Shown here piece by piece: positions 16,826 to 27,021 of a DNA stretch of 64,000 nt (within the stretch, counting starts at the first letter, position 1; every line of letters begins with the position of its first letter). This DNA is from an uncultured Chloroherpeton sp. Lineage in GTDB: Bacteria; Bacteroidota; Ignavibacteria; Kapaibacteriales; UBA2268. The stretch covers positions 1,326-65,325 of the forward strand of contig CAZCNL010000010.1 of NCBI GenBank assembly GCA_964500435.1. Direction: 5' to 3'. The notes beneath the pieces are model-generated. The model saw only the letters and a list, made by a program, of their open reading frames with translations. It was not told the DNA's origin and did no database searches. Both the position numbers and the translations under genes were made by a program.

Positions 16826-17548
16826 ATGGCGACACAACCAATACCAACATTAGACGATATGGATATGAATTTTTGTCAATTGGTCAATCGCAGGATTGAA
16901 TTAAAACCAATAGATAATATCGGTTTGCAGTATCTTTTAGGCAAAAATTACGAGGGTTTGGAGTTGTTCGACTCTTTGGACAAAGATGTCTGGGTCGAAA
17001 AACGCACAAATATGTTAATATCTAAAAAATACGGAAGCTCCCATAGCCCGATCAATCAAGGTTTGCTAGCAGAAAACACAATTGTTACAACAAATATAGG
17101 AAGTCTTGGTGAGATTGACGATAGGCTGCAATACGACAATACTAAATTAACCTTTATCCGAGATGCTAACGCTTATATTGTTATCAGAGAGAATGTATAT
17201 CTTAATATCACGTTTGTTCCGCCAGATGTTTCTGCAATTACAGCAACATTGCATCACAGGGTTTATAATGCTTCAAATGTTCTGATTTCTGACACTATTA
17301 CCGCCGTTGGATACGCAAACTACTCAAGTTATATCGTAAAAGGTATGGACGATAGGCCAGTTACGGTTGTATGTGCTACACAGCAATCTATCGAATTGCA
17401 TGGCGATATTCTGTTCAGGTTGAACCACGGCGAATATTCGGTTTGGACTTTGACGCTAGAAAACTTTGGAAATCGTATTGCGACCGCAACTGGATACAGG
17501 GAACACCAAGAGATTTATGAAAGTTATGCAGTTACACAAATAAAATAA
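16826..17548 (+). CDS. Hypothetical virion protein
   Basis: 240-aa ORF with RBS, in the structural operon. Confidence 0.5.
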   Translation: MATQPIPTLDDMDMNFCQLVNRRIELKPIDNIGLQYLLGKNYEGLELFDSLDKDVWVEKRTNMLISKKYGSSHSPINQGLLAENTIVTTNIGSLGEIDDRLQYDNTKLTFIRDANAYIVIRENVYLNITFVPPDVSAITATLHHRVYNASNVLISDTITAVGYANYSSYIVKGMDDRPVTVVCATQQSIELHGDILFRLNHGEYSVWTLTLENFGNRIATATGYREHQEIYESYAVTQIK

Positions 17549-17562
17549 TCAAGTATAGTAAT

Positions 17563-17856
17563 ATGGTAATTAAAATAAGCCGAGAAATTTTATCAAAATT
17601 TATGGAGATGTCAGGTGCGAGACCATACTTGTTTTTAGCAAGTAAAGCCGAGTATTCTATCAGTCCTGAAGAATTAAATGCAATTATTAACAGCGTTAGC
17701 AATGCTCCTTTTGGTCTGGTTACTGGTCTGATTTCGCAGCTAACAACCGGGGCATCGACCGAAGGTATATCGCCAGAGGCATCAATTGAAGGTATATCGC
17801 CAGAGGCATGTATCGAGGGTATCGAAATAAATGAGTCCGAAGAAACAAGGCTATAA
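17563..17856 (+). CDS. Hypothetical phage protein with an internal 27-bp tandem repeat
   Basis: EGISPEA twice (17761-17782, 17788-17809). Confidence 0.5.
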   Translation: MVIKISREILSKFMEMSGARPYLFLASKAEYSISPEELNAIINSVSNAPFGLVTGLISQLTTGASTEGISPEASIEGISPEACIEGIEINESEETRL

Positions 17857-17920
17857 AGCCGAAATAATTTCTAGTATTGTAGATAAATAAATTTTTATCA
17901 GTTAAAATGGAGAATTAATA

Positions 17921-18643
17921 ATGTCCACAGCCACAACAAACAAAAAGATAATTCTGAAAGGATTTCCGTACCTTTCGATGCAGGAAATTGTCGCTGGGGC
18001 TATCAGCCCGTGCTACACGTTTAACAACACAAAATCGGTAACGTGCAAATTGCCGGCACCAAGCACAAGTTCATCATCGAGCGATAACCTCGATATTGTA
18101 CGCAGCGACGGGGCAATCATACGATTTCCTAAGACTTCGCTTGTGCTTAGCGGAATCGACGAATCTGATATCACGCCGGCAGCTGCAAGCTCTGATGCAA
18201 CAGGTAAGTGTGAAATCGACGTCGTTCTTAACGAGGCAGCCGTAGAGACGAACTCTATGACTGCAATGTTTAAAGCATTAAAAGAAAAGAGAGATTCTTT
18301 ATGGCTCGTAACAATTGCAACTGGATTGTCGCACGAAGCTGAAACGAATGCAACTCTCAGAAAACCTGATGGCTTTGTTCATATGATTGGTAAAATCTCG
18401 AATGATATTGAACAGCAATATGCCGACGCACCTACAACCTTAGCTTTGAACTTCGTCTCCTACACCAATTCAGGATTAGATGAAGCCAAACTTACAGGCG
18501 TAGTATTTACACCAGTTACATGGAAGAAAGGCGGAACAGGTAAGGACGTAACAGCAATCACACCACCAGCAATTACTTCGGAAGGCGCTGCTAATTTATT
18601 GGCAGGCGATTGCGAAATAGTTACTAATATAACCTACGTCTAA
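17921..18643 (+). CDS. Probable major tail (tube) protein
   Basis: 240 aa, acidic and Thr/Ala-rich, strong RBS GGAG, first gene of the tail block; no direct motif match. Confidence 0.4.
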   Translation: MSTATTNKKIILKGFPYLSMQEIVAGAISPCYTFNNTKSVTCKLPAPSTSSSSSDNLDIVRSDGAIIRFPKTSLVLSGIDESDITPAAASSDATGKCEIDVVLNEAAVETNSMTAMFKALKEKRDSLWLVTIATGLSHEAETNATLRKPDGFVHMIGKISNDIEQQYADAPTTLALNFVSYTNSGLDEAKLTGVVFTPVTWKKGGTGKDVTAITPPAITSEGAANLLAGDCEIVTNITYV

Positions 18644-18651
18644 CGTTTAAA

Positions 18652-21057
18652 ATGAGATTCTTTCAGAAATATCGCTTTATCGAACACGACACGGGCGAAC
18701 AATGGGTATTGTTCGCCGTGTCTGATTCGCATGAGGAGTTATTTGAAAACACAGGAACAGAAGTTGACATCTTTATGCTGGAGTCAATAAAGCGAGACCT
18801 CAATATTGATGAAGGCTATTTTGCGATTGATGAATTGCCGTTTTCTGTTAACCATCTTAATTGCGAAACAGAAGATGATAAAAAAGCTATGTATTTCGTG
18901 CTTGATGCCGCAGATGTTAAAGTGAACAGATATTGTGCATTGTTCTTTTCCGAAACTCCAACTCTTTCAGAGATGCAGTTTTTGGGAAAAATCGGCACAA
19001 AAATAACGGGTGAAGATAAAACCTGGGAAGGTGATTCTTATGAAACTGATATTAACCCCAAAAGAGAGTATAAATTATCTGCTCTAAGTTTTGACATTTC
19101 TAAACTCGAGGAATGTAAAATCAGCGGGGATATTTACCGGACTGACGGCACGGGTGAAACAAGGATTGACAATCTTCGAGATAGATGGCTGAGAAGAAGC
19201 GGGCAGGGATTTGATGAATTGGGGTATCAGAAAGTATTTTATTGGCAGAATAAAACACGAAACGAACCATTCGATACCGTTGACCAATTTGGCTACTTCC
19301 AGAATATGGCTAATTTGTACGATGTGCTTGTAAGGTACTTGCATTATTGTGAGGAGATATTGCTCGAGAAAGACGGTATTGCGGTAACAATCGGACTAGA
19401 AGAATCGAATATGGATTTCGCTTGTCAACCTGCAACATATACATACTCTAAAGCCTGGACGCCTGGATTTCGTACCGAATTTTGGGATGTTGGGCAAGCA
19501 GGCATTCAACACATAGCACGATTAGGAAGTGGCAATGCACCTCTTGCGAATACCGGTCTGCTATTCATTAATCTTAAAATGGTTGACCCGTTTGCTAATT
19601 CTACGCCCTCTGACTTGCAGGCAAGCAATGAGCGCGCTTACTCATTTTTGTCATTCGAGGATATGGCTCAATTACTGTATGCGATTGCGAAATCATTTGG
19701 ATGTTATATATTTGCCAATTACAATGCAGCCAATTCAATCAATATCGCATTCAAATCAAGATCTGCGATAGTAGAAACTAACTATACGAGAATATACGGG
19801 GCTACAGAAGCTAATATAGATACTTCCTTCGGGACTACGAATAAAGCACGTGCATATTATGCGGTTGCAAATAATTATGCCGATGAAGGTGCAGACGTTA
19901 TTTCAGGGGACAAGCCAACAGATAATTTTGTAAAAGCGGATGCACACCGGAAGGCACTCAAAAACAGCAAGAATATCGAATCAGAGCTCTTGTTGTTTTC
20001 GGGTTCGCCGACGCTAAGAATGTTTTATCAAAATGGTTATCCAATAGCTCAAATGCCTTTAAACTCAATGTTCAGAAAAGCTCCTCTTATCGAAGAAAGT
20101 CAACCTACGAATTACTATGAGACCGCTGAAGATGGCAAGAGAGAATATTTGCACACTTCGATTTATATTTCTTGTGAAGCACCTGAGCCAGAAGTTCTGG
20201 CTCATACAGGGTCTCATTCGGTGCTGAGACCCGTTGCGGGATTTGTGCTGAAATTAGGAGGAGTGAATAAGCAATACACCAAACTTTCTGATATGATTAC
20301 GGAAATTATGGGACGAGACAACGAGTTTTATCAGACAGAATACTCCTTAACAATACCGTCCTGGAATGGATTTTTGAAAGAAAACGATCCAAATCCATCA
20401 TGGAAAAACATTAAGCTCGGTTCCAAAATTAAACTGTCAGAATTAGTAACTCGCTTCACTGGTACTGAGTGGATAGAAGGGGTATCCTTAGGGGATTATA
20501 CTGTAGTTGGTATTGAGGTTGATTTACAGCAGCCCAAAACGACATTAAAGTTACATTCAGTTGAGCGTTTCGCTTTTGGTTATTGGGATGGTGCGGAATT
20601 GCCGAGTGCGATTCTTACCCCGCCTGTTGCATATGACCCGAAGTCTGCCCTAAGTGGCGTTAAGAATATGAATTATATCATAAAGGACGGTGAAATAATT
20701 GGAATTAACGATTCGGTAGATATTTTGCCCGATGGTAAAATTGCAAAAACAAGGAGCATTTCTACTTCGGGTGGAATTCCAATTGGAATAGCAACCGAAT
20801 CAGGCATAGGCGGAGAGACAATCGCAGTTCAGATAGCCGGCAAAGTGTATTCACCTGATTTTAATTTTGTAAATATCGGTGGATATTTATACGCCAGAAC
20901 CAATGCGCAAGGCTCGAATTTGACAGAAATGATTCTTTCAGCACCAAATTACACCGAAGATTTGATAATTATTCTCGGCAAAATTGATTCAGAAAAGAGT
21001 TTTATACTTGATATAAGGGAATTAAAATTCGAATCGGGGGTTATACTACAAACATGA
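18652..21057 (+). CDS. Large tail or tail-tip protein with a C-terminal beta-clip (DUF2190-like) segment
   Basis: 801 aa; C-term PIGIATESGIGGETIAVQIAGKV. Confidence 0.5.
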   Translation: MRFFQKYRFIEHDTGEQWVLFAVSDSHEELFENTGTEVDIFMLESIKRDLNIDEGYFAIDELPFSVNHLNCETEDDKKAMYFVLDAADVKVNRYCALFFSETPTLSEMQFLGKIGTKITGEDKTWEGDSYETDINPKREYKLSALSFDISKLEECKISGDIYRTDGTGETRIDNLRDRWLRRSGQGFDELGYQKVFYWQNKTRNEPFDTVDQFGYFQNMANLYDVLVRYLHYCEEILLEKDGIAVTIGLEESNMDFACQPATYTYSKAWTPGFRTEFWDVGQAGIQHIARLGSGNAPLANTGLLFINLKMVDPFANSTPSDLQASNERAYSFLSFEDMAQLLYAIAKSFGCYIFANYNAANSINIAFKSRSAIVETNYTRIYGATEANIDTSFGTTNKARAYYAVANNYADEGADVISGDKPTDNFVKADAHRKALKNSKNIESELLLFSGSPTLRMFYQNGYPIAQMPLNSMFRKAPLIEESQPTNYYETAEDGKREYLHTSIYISCEAPEPEVLAHTGSHSVLRPVAGFVLKLGGVNKQYTKLSDMITEIMGRDNEFYQTEYSLTIPSWNGFLKENDPNPSWKNIKLGSKIKLSELVTRFTGTEWIEGVSLGDYTVVGIEVDLQQPKTTLKLHSVERFAFGYWDGAELPSAILTPPVAYDPKSALSGVKNMNYIIKDGEIIGINDSVDILPDGKIAKTRSISTSGGIPIGIATESGIGGETIAVQIAGKVYSPDFNFVNIGGYLYARTNAQGSNLTEMILSAPNYTEDLIIILGKIDSEKSFILDIRELKFESGVILQT

Positions 21058-21467
21058 AATTAATTACATTAAGATACAGTGACACCAAGTTAGCCGCTCT
21101 TGAATTTGATAATATGGCTACAAACCAGAATTCATTTGAAGGTGTGAAATTAACAACTCCAATCAGGAACACGGCTGAGGATTCGGGCATTCTGCTAAAC
21201 GGCAGAAAGTATTCTAATCTGAAGTGGGTAAACATCGAACAGGAACTGGTTATTTCATCTGACGAAATCGACAAAGGCATTCTTGAATTTCTTCAGAATT
21301 TCTGGACATCAAGATTCAAGTATATATCGCTTTTAGACGGCTTTGGTGTTTGGAGCAATTATATCAGAGTTGTTACCGATGGCGGTCCTTTTCCGTTAAC
21401 CAATATCAACGATTTGAAAGAGTTACCGGAAGTTGCTTTGAAGTTATCTTATTCGGAGCCTATATGA
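21054..21467 (+). CDS. Hypothetical tail protein
   Basis: ATGA-coupled 137-aa ORF. Confidence 0.5.
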   Translation: MKLITLRYSDTKLAALEFDNMATNQNSFEGVKLTTPIRNTAEDSGILLNGRKYSNLKWVNIEQELVISSDEIDKGILEFLQNFWTSRFKYISLLDGFGVWSNYIRVVTDGGPFPLTNINDLKELPEVALKLSYSEPI

Positions 21468-21934
21468 GTGATTTGGTTTTAAATGCAATTGCAGGTGTAA
21501 TAAATTTACTGCCAATAACAAGGTTGCAACTCTATAAATATGCCTCTGGAGAGCGCATAATTATAGACCAGATTGAAACAGAATCGAGTTATAAAATTAC
21601 ACCAATTACACGGCTTGCAGACAGCGGTCTTGCGAAAGTACTTGGATACAATTACGAAATAACAATCTATGTGCCTTTCAATTTATTCGATTCGAACGGA
21701 TTGCTTGAGGCGATCGAGAATTTAAAGAATGAAGAAAATGTGATAACGTACCTTACGATAGGCGGAGGAGGCAGTTATGTGCCACCAGAACCGCCAAAAA
21801 CAATTAATTGCACAGCCCAACAAATACTTGCAATTTCTCATACGAAACCTTATGCTGAACTCGAGTCGGTTGAATTGAGACCAAGGACAATAATTCATAT
21901 CAACGGATTTACAAAACAATTAAATAATTTTTAA
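21464..21934 (+). CDS. Hypothetical tail protein (start at ATG 21464)
   Basis: ATGA overlap with the previous stop. Confidence 0.5.
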   Translation: MSDLVLNAIAGVINLLPITRLQLYKYASGERIIIDQIETESSYKITPITRLADSGLAKVLGYNYEITIYVPFNLFDSNGLLEAIENLKNEENVITYLTIGGGGSYVPPEPPKTINCTAQQILAISHTKPYAELESVELRPRTIIHINGFTKQLNNF

Positions 21935-21948
21935 TCAGGATAAATAAA

Positions 21949-22425
21949 ATGGAAAATTACACACCTATTGAACCTGTCGTATTTTTAGCAAATACAAGAC
22001 AATACAAATATGATTTCAATTTGCTTACAGTTGAACAAGCCGAATTGGCATTTGAAATTGCAAAATTCAAAGAAGACCAGAAGTCTAATCCTCCCGAGAC
22101 ATTCAATCAGATAATTAAATCGAAGGCTATTGATTGGAAGTTTTTGGCGATGAGTTATTTAGTTAGGGAAATCAAAAATGATAAACCGATGCCATTCGAC
22201 AGAGATGCCGCAGAAATGCATATAGCAACAGATTTTAAGCAGTTGCCAATTAATGAAAAGTCAAAGATTGAGGCATGCTTAACGGATTTTTTTTACAATA
22301 CAGGGCAGAGTTCGATGATACAGACCTGCTTGCAAGGAGAAAAGAAGCTGAACGTGACAGAAATATTATTGCCGATGCTACTGAGAACCTTAGGCAGCAA
22401 AGAGAACGAGACGCCTGGATTATAA
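21949..22425 (+). CDS. Tail assembly chaperone (gpG-like)
   Basis: Lies just before the tape measure gene; contains the in-frame slippery heptamer T TTT TTT at 22287-22293. Confidence 0.6.
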   Translation: MENYTPIEPVVFLANTRQYKYDFNLLTVEQAELAFEIAKFKEDQKSNPPETFNQIIKSKAIDWKFLAMSYLVREIKNDKPMPFDRDAAEMHIATDFKQLPINEKSKIEACLTDFFYNTGQSSMIQTCLQGEKKLNVTEILLPMLLRTLGSKENETPGL

Positions 22426-22613
22426 AGCAGCACAGGATAAACAGGGTTTACGAATCAGGCGAATTAACCCGAAGATTGGCTGAAAGTTGGAGAAAAATTT
22501 GGTATGTACCGATTTTAGCAAATAATGATGTAACTAAATTTGATAAAATAAGGAAGGTGTTGTTCAGAGATGCGATGACCGCATTGAAAAATCATATTGA
22601 GGCGATACCGTAA
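22287..22613 (+). CDS. -1 frameshift extension of the tail chaperone (gpGT-like)
   Basis: -1 frame is open from the slippery site to TAA at 22611-13; predicted fusion is 221 aa. Confidence 0.55.
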   Translation, partial: FFLQYRAEFDDTDLLARRKEAERDRNIIADATENLRQQRERDAWIIKQHRINRVYESGELTRRLAESWRKIWYVPILANNDVTKFDKIRKVLFRDAMTALKNHIEAIP

Positions 22614-22615
22614 AA

Positions 22616-22641
22616 AAGCAAGGGAGTAAGCTCCCTTGTTT
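22616..22641 (-). terminator. Hairpin just upstream of the tape measure RBS, with its U-tract on the minus strand
   Basis: AAGCAAGGGAG-taag-CTCCCTTGTTT, preceded by an A-run. Confidence 0.45.
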
Positions 22642-22659
22642 CATAAAAGGAGTATTGTG

Positions 22660-25600
22660 ATGGCAAATAATAAAATTCAAATATTGTTAGATTTATTAGT
22701 CAATTTGAAGAGCGACCCTGGTCAAATAAACCAGTTTGTAGCACAAATTGAACAGTCGGCCAAAAAGTTAAATATCAGTATCGATACCGATAAGACAAAG
22801 AAAGCGGTAACCGATATGGTGAAGTCGCTCGATGAAGCTGAGACAGCTTTAAAGCAGATTAATAGCGTCCCGCTCGAAAAACTCGAATTGGAATTTAAGA
22901 ATGTAGAGAGAGCGTCATCTGGTTTTATGGATAGGTTGGCGAAATTTGGTATGATCTCAATGGGCGTTGAGCAATTTACGCAAACTATAAATCAGTTTCA
23001 GCAGCCATTTGCAGAGTTAGATAAGCAGGTGAGGAATATTGGTACTCTTGGCGTGAAAAACTTTCAGGAATTTGCCGATCGTGCAACAGAGCTTTCGATA
23101 TCAGTTCCCGATTCGGCAGTTGCGATAGCCGAGGGTGTATATGATGCCATATCTGCGGGTACAATTAAGGTAAAGGATGGCGTTGCTGATGTTGCAGGCG
23201 GGATGCAGTTTGTCGAAACTGCTTCCAAATTAGCAGCTGCAGGTTTAACCACAACAAAGGACTCTATCAACGGTTTAACATCTGTTATGAATGCTTACGG
23301 GTTAGAAGCCAATCAGGCAGGAAAAGTAGCCGATACGTTTTTTGGAGCCGTAAATGTGGGGAAAACAACAATCCCTGAATTAAATGCATCGTTAGCCCAA
23401 GTGATACCAACGGCGGCGAGTTTCGGAGTAGAATTCGACCAGGTTGCTGCTTCGATAGCTACAATGACAAAACAGGGCACACCGACAGCTCAGGCTGCTA
23501 CGCAGATTCGTGCAGCTCTTGTTGAGCTGGCAAAACCGGGTGCGGAATTAGCTCCAATATTACAAAAAGCGGGTGTTTCGTTGGATTCGTTAAAGAAAGA
23601 AGGGCTGCAGGAATCGTTTAAAAAGATTGGAATAGCTCTTGATTCTACAGGAAAATCAGCAACTCAGGTTTTCGGTTCGGTCGAGGCGGCGTCGGCAGTT
23701 ATGCTTCTATCGGGTAAGAATGCAGCAATGGCAGCAAGCGATTTAGATTTAGTTAAAAACTCTATCGGTTCGACGGATGCAGCATTTGCGGTAGCTTCCG
23801 AAGGGATAGATTCAAAATCTAAAATGCTAATGAACTCCATTCAGGCAGGCTTTAATGAAGCAATGTCGGTTTTGGGGAGTTACGGACAGTTAGCATTATC
23901 TACGGCAGCTCAGGTGGCGCCGCTAATGACATCCTTTACAGGATTAGCAACTTTAATTCCTGCCGGGACTGTAGGGAAGGTAGGAGAATTAGGTAAGACG
24001 ATTTTAACGAAGTTGGTACCGGGCTTGATGGGAGCTGCTACTGCACAAGGTTCGTTGAATGCTGTAATGGGCATGAATCCGATATTTGCTGTTACGTTAG
24101 CGGTGACGGGTTTAGTAGCTGGTTTAAAATTACTTTCAGAGGCACTTCACGAGACTGCACAAGAAAAATTAAAGGATGCAGAATCACAAGATAAACTTAT
24201 CGATAAAGAGATTGAGGCAAAAGAAAAGGAAATTGAGCTTGCAGAATCCAAACAAAAGCTTGTCGAAGAGTTCAAAAATACCGGCGAATCTGCTATGGAA
24301 AATGTCGAAATGATGACCAAATTATCACAAGCTTATCCCGGTGTGATTGATGCTTCAAAATCATATCAAGAAAATCTTGCCGCTCTGTCAGCGGCATCAA
24401 ACAAAACAAAGGAAGACCTTGCAAAGTTGACCACAGAAATCGGAACCCTTGCCGAGAAAAAACTCGACCTCCAACTAAAAATATCTAACCTCAAAGTTGA
24501 TGTGGAAAAACAGAACATTGAAAATACTTTAAAAGATGCATTCAAAATCTGGGGACTTTCCGATGCAAGTGAGTGGATTTTCGGTACTAGCACAGCTAGA
24601 CAAATGGGCGAGCAAATTATAAAACCTTATACAGATGCTATTTCTAATGCAAAGAATTCAAAAGAACTTGAAAAAGCTTCCCTCGATTTTCAAATGGCAA
24701 TATTCAATTCGAAGGATTTCGAAAAATTAACAGCAGAAGAAAAAACCAAGATGCTCAAAGGCATCAATAAAATGGTTGAAGCAAGAAAATCTGCCATGGA
24801 TAGTGCAAATCAAAATGCAGGTAAAGACTTTGAAGTTCTTAAAGACAGTGGTATGCAAACAGGTCAGATAATTGATTTCCTTGCAAAGAAATACAACGCC
24901 ACAAAAGAAGAAATTAAAGGCATAATCGATGCACAGGAAAGATCGAAACAGGAAACAATTGAGCAGACTGCAAGCGTGGAAAGTTTGGCGGCGGCCTGGA
25001 ACAAAGTAAAAGCTGATGCAAAAAAATCTCTGGATGAAAACGCAGGTGCTATGGCTGAATTGCTTTCGAAAGGAAAAGAGAATTGGACTCAGGAAGATTT
25101 TGATAAGTGGGACCAGTATAAGAAAGCAGGCTTCAATGCTCATAAAGCTATCGTGGAGCAAGCTAAAATTGATGAACAGGTGCAAAAAGCATTAGGTATT
25201 ACTGTCGCTAAAAATTCAAGTGAAAAGAAATCGCAGTTAGAGTTACTGACAAAGGAATTTGAGCTTTACAAACAAAAAGCAAAGTATGATAGCGATATTG
25301 TTGAATCTGAGAAGCAACTATCATTCATTCTGCAAGAGCGGGAAAAAACTACTTATGATGATTTGGCTGCCCAAGAAAGAAAGATTCAGTTGGCGAAGGA
25401 TGAAAAAGAGAAATTTCTTGAAATTTACAAGGCGTTAGTAAGTGAAAATGAAAGTGGCGGCTTGGACATTTCGCCTAAATTGAAGAAAGAAGATAGGATG
25501 AAATTAGAAAATGATTACAAGCAGATTATTTTGAATTTGAAGAATGAATCGAATAAGGAGCTTGAATTAAAGGCTAAGATAAAATTAGACCAGGAGGAAT

Positions 25601-27021
25601 TTAATAAGAGTTTTGCTGAATTTAAAAAACAGCAGCTCGAATACGACATTACACTGGGACTCAAAAACCCTGACGAAATGGTTACTTTGCTACAAGAGCA
25701 ATTGACTAAGATTGACCAGAAAATTGCAGAGACAAAAGCGAAAATGGAAAAACTCGGTGTTTTACCTGCTGATGCGACACCTGAAATGAAGGCTCAAATC
25801 GCATCTTTAGATAAAAGTCTTTTAGCATTGTCGCAAGAGAGGTTCAATTTAGAGAAAGACATTTCTTCGAAGAAAAAAGCAATTTACGACGATGAGCTCA
25901 AAGCAATCGCAACCGCCTCAGAGGATGAAACAAAGATTGTTGAAGAGAAATACAGCAAAACAAGCGAATCATTAAAGCGGTTCAACGAGCTTTGGACTAA
26001 GTCAAGTTCTGTCAAGATTGATTACCAAAAAGACCAGCAATTAAATGATTTGAAAAGTATAGAAGATGAGAAATTAAAGGTGCTTGATAGTTATAAAGAA
26101 ATGGGAGTTATATCCGCAGAGGATTATGAGGCAAGAAAAACAAGAATCACGGAAGAAGGTGAGGCAAAGAGAGCAGCAATTGAAGAAAAAGCACGTCAGG
26201 ACAAACTGAGAAATGACGCATTAGCCAAAGGTATGGAAAAGGAGAACGAGAGAAAGCATTCACTTGACTTAGCAAATATTACGAAAAAATCAGCTGAAGA
26301 GCAAATGAATATTTTGAATGCTAAAAAACTCAAACAGGGCGGATTTTTAGATATAGCAGATAAAACGCAGTTAGATAATTTGAAGGAGCAATTCGATAAA
26401 GCAAATGATGTTATAGCTATGAATGCGAATTCGCTGATAACAGCAACTGAAATTGCAGGTACTGGTTTTGCCGACGCAATTACGCAATTTATGGCAGGTG
26501 ATTCGAAAGGTGCAATTGATGCTTTGAGGGCATCTTGGGGAGAGATATTGGGAGTATTTGCAGCAGGTTTAAAGAAATGGGCATCAGGTTTGGTACTTGA
26601 ATTACTCTTCGGGGAATTGTCGGCACTATCACCAACTGGATTTTTAGCATTAGTTGCAGTTCCGGTTTTAAAATCAATTGCCGAGGGGGCAATCGGAGCG
26701 ATAATAGACCCATTCCTAAATGATATAACAAGTTTTGCGACTGGTGCAAAATTCGACCAACCGACGCTTTTAAATGGCAATATTCAAGTTGGAGATGCGG
26801 CTTTAAATGGCGGAAAAAATAGAGAGTGGCTTCTTAATGACAGGGATTTTCAGATGGCATTAAGACTATCGGCAGCAACAGCCACGATGTCGGTTGTTGC
26901 CGAGATGAGAGCAATGACAGCGATGCTGGCAAATCAGAAATTAGAAACAAAGTTAACTGGCAGAGATGCGAGAATAATGCTAATAAGAGAGCAATCAGCA
27001 GTCAATAAAAGAGCAAAATAA
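22660..27021 (+). CDS. Tape measure protein (TP901-family core), 1453 aa
   Basis: LINGLTSVMNAYGL.A.QA..VAD.FF.AVN.GKTT..ELN.SL.QV.P.AASFGV.F core; long helical body; RBS AAGGAG before ATG 22660. Confidence 0.9.
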   Translation: MANNKIQILLDLLVNLKSDPGQINQFVAQIEQSAKKLNISIDTDKTKKAVTDMVKSLDEAETALKQINSVPLEKLELEFKNVERASSGFMDRLAKFGMISMGVEQFTQTINQFQQPFAELDKQVRNIGTLGVKNFQEFADRATELSISVPDSAVAIAEGVYDAISAGTIKVKDGVADVAGGMQFVETASKLAAAGLTTTKDSINGLTSVMNAYGLEANQAGKVADTFFGAVNVGKTTIPELNASLAQVIPTAASFGVEFDQVAASIATMTKQGTPTAQAATQIRAALVELAKPGAELAPILQKAGVSLDSLKKEGLQESFKKIGIALDSTGKSATQVFGSVEAASAVMLLSGKNAAMAASDLDLVKNSIGSTDAAFAVASEGIDSKSKMLMNSIQAGFNEAMSVLGSYGQLALSTAAQVAPLMTSFTGLATLIPAGTVGKVGELGKTILTKLVPGLMGAATAQGSLNAVMGMNPIFAVTLAVTGLVAGLKLLSEALHETAQEKLKDAESQDKLIDKEIEAKEKEIELAESKQKLVEEFKNTGESAMENVEMMTKLSQAYPGVIDASKSYQENLAALSAASNKTKEDLAKLTTEIGTLAEKKLDLQLKISNLKVDVEKQNIENTLKDAFKIWGLSDASEWIFGTSTARQMGEQIIKPYTDAISNAKNSKELEKASLDFQMAIFNSKDFEKLTAEEKTKMLKGINKMVEARKSAMDSANQNAGKDFEVLKDSGMQTGQIIDFLAKKYNATKEEIKGIIDAQERSKQETIEQTASVESLAAAWNKVKADAKKSLDENAGAMAELLSKGKENWTQEDFDKWDQYKKAGFNAHKAIVEQAKIDEQVQKALGITVAKNSSEKKSQLELLTKEFELYKQKAKYDSDIVESEKQLSFILQEREKTTYDDLAAQERKIQLAKDEKEKFLEIYKALVSENESGGLDISPKLKKEDRMKLENDYKQIILNLKNESNKELELKAKIKLDQEEFNKSFAEFKKQQLEYDITLGLKNPDEMVTLLQEQLTKIDQKIAETKAKMEKLGVLPADATPEMKAQIASLDKSLLALSQERFNLEKDISSKKKAIYDDELKAIATASEDETKIVEEKYSKTSESLKRFNELWTKSSSVKIDYQKDQQLNDLKSIEDEKLKVLDSYKEMGVISAEDYEARKTRITEEGEAKRAAIEEKARQDKLRNDALAKGMEKENERKHSLDLANITKKSAEEQMNILNAKKLKQGGFLDIADKTQLDNLKEQFDKANDVIAMNANSLITATEIAGTGFADAITQFMAGDSKGAIDALRASWGEILGVFAAGLKKWASGLVLELLFGELSALSPTGFLALVAVPVLKSIAEGAIGAIIDPFLNDITSFATGAKFDQPTLLNGNIQVGDAALNGGKNREWLLNDRDFQMALRLSAATATMSVVAEMRAMTAMLANQKLETKLTGRDARIMLIREQSAVNKRAK

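Noticed and set aside
3267-27021. Stop-codon recoding in the phage
   Set aside because: ORFs are full length and tightly coupled under the standard bacterial code
15033-27021. Contractile injection system, T6SS or R-type tailocin
   Set aside because: No sheath, baseplate wedge, VgrG or PAAR recognisable; capsid, portal and terminase are present
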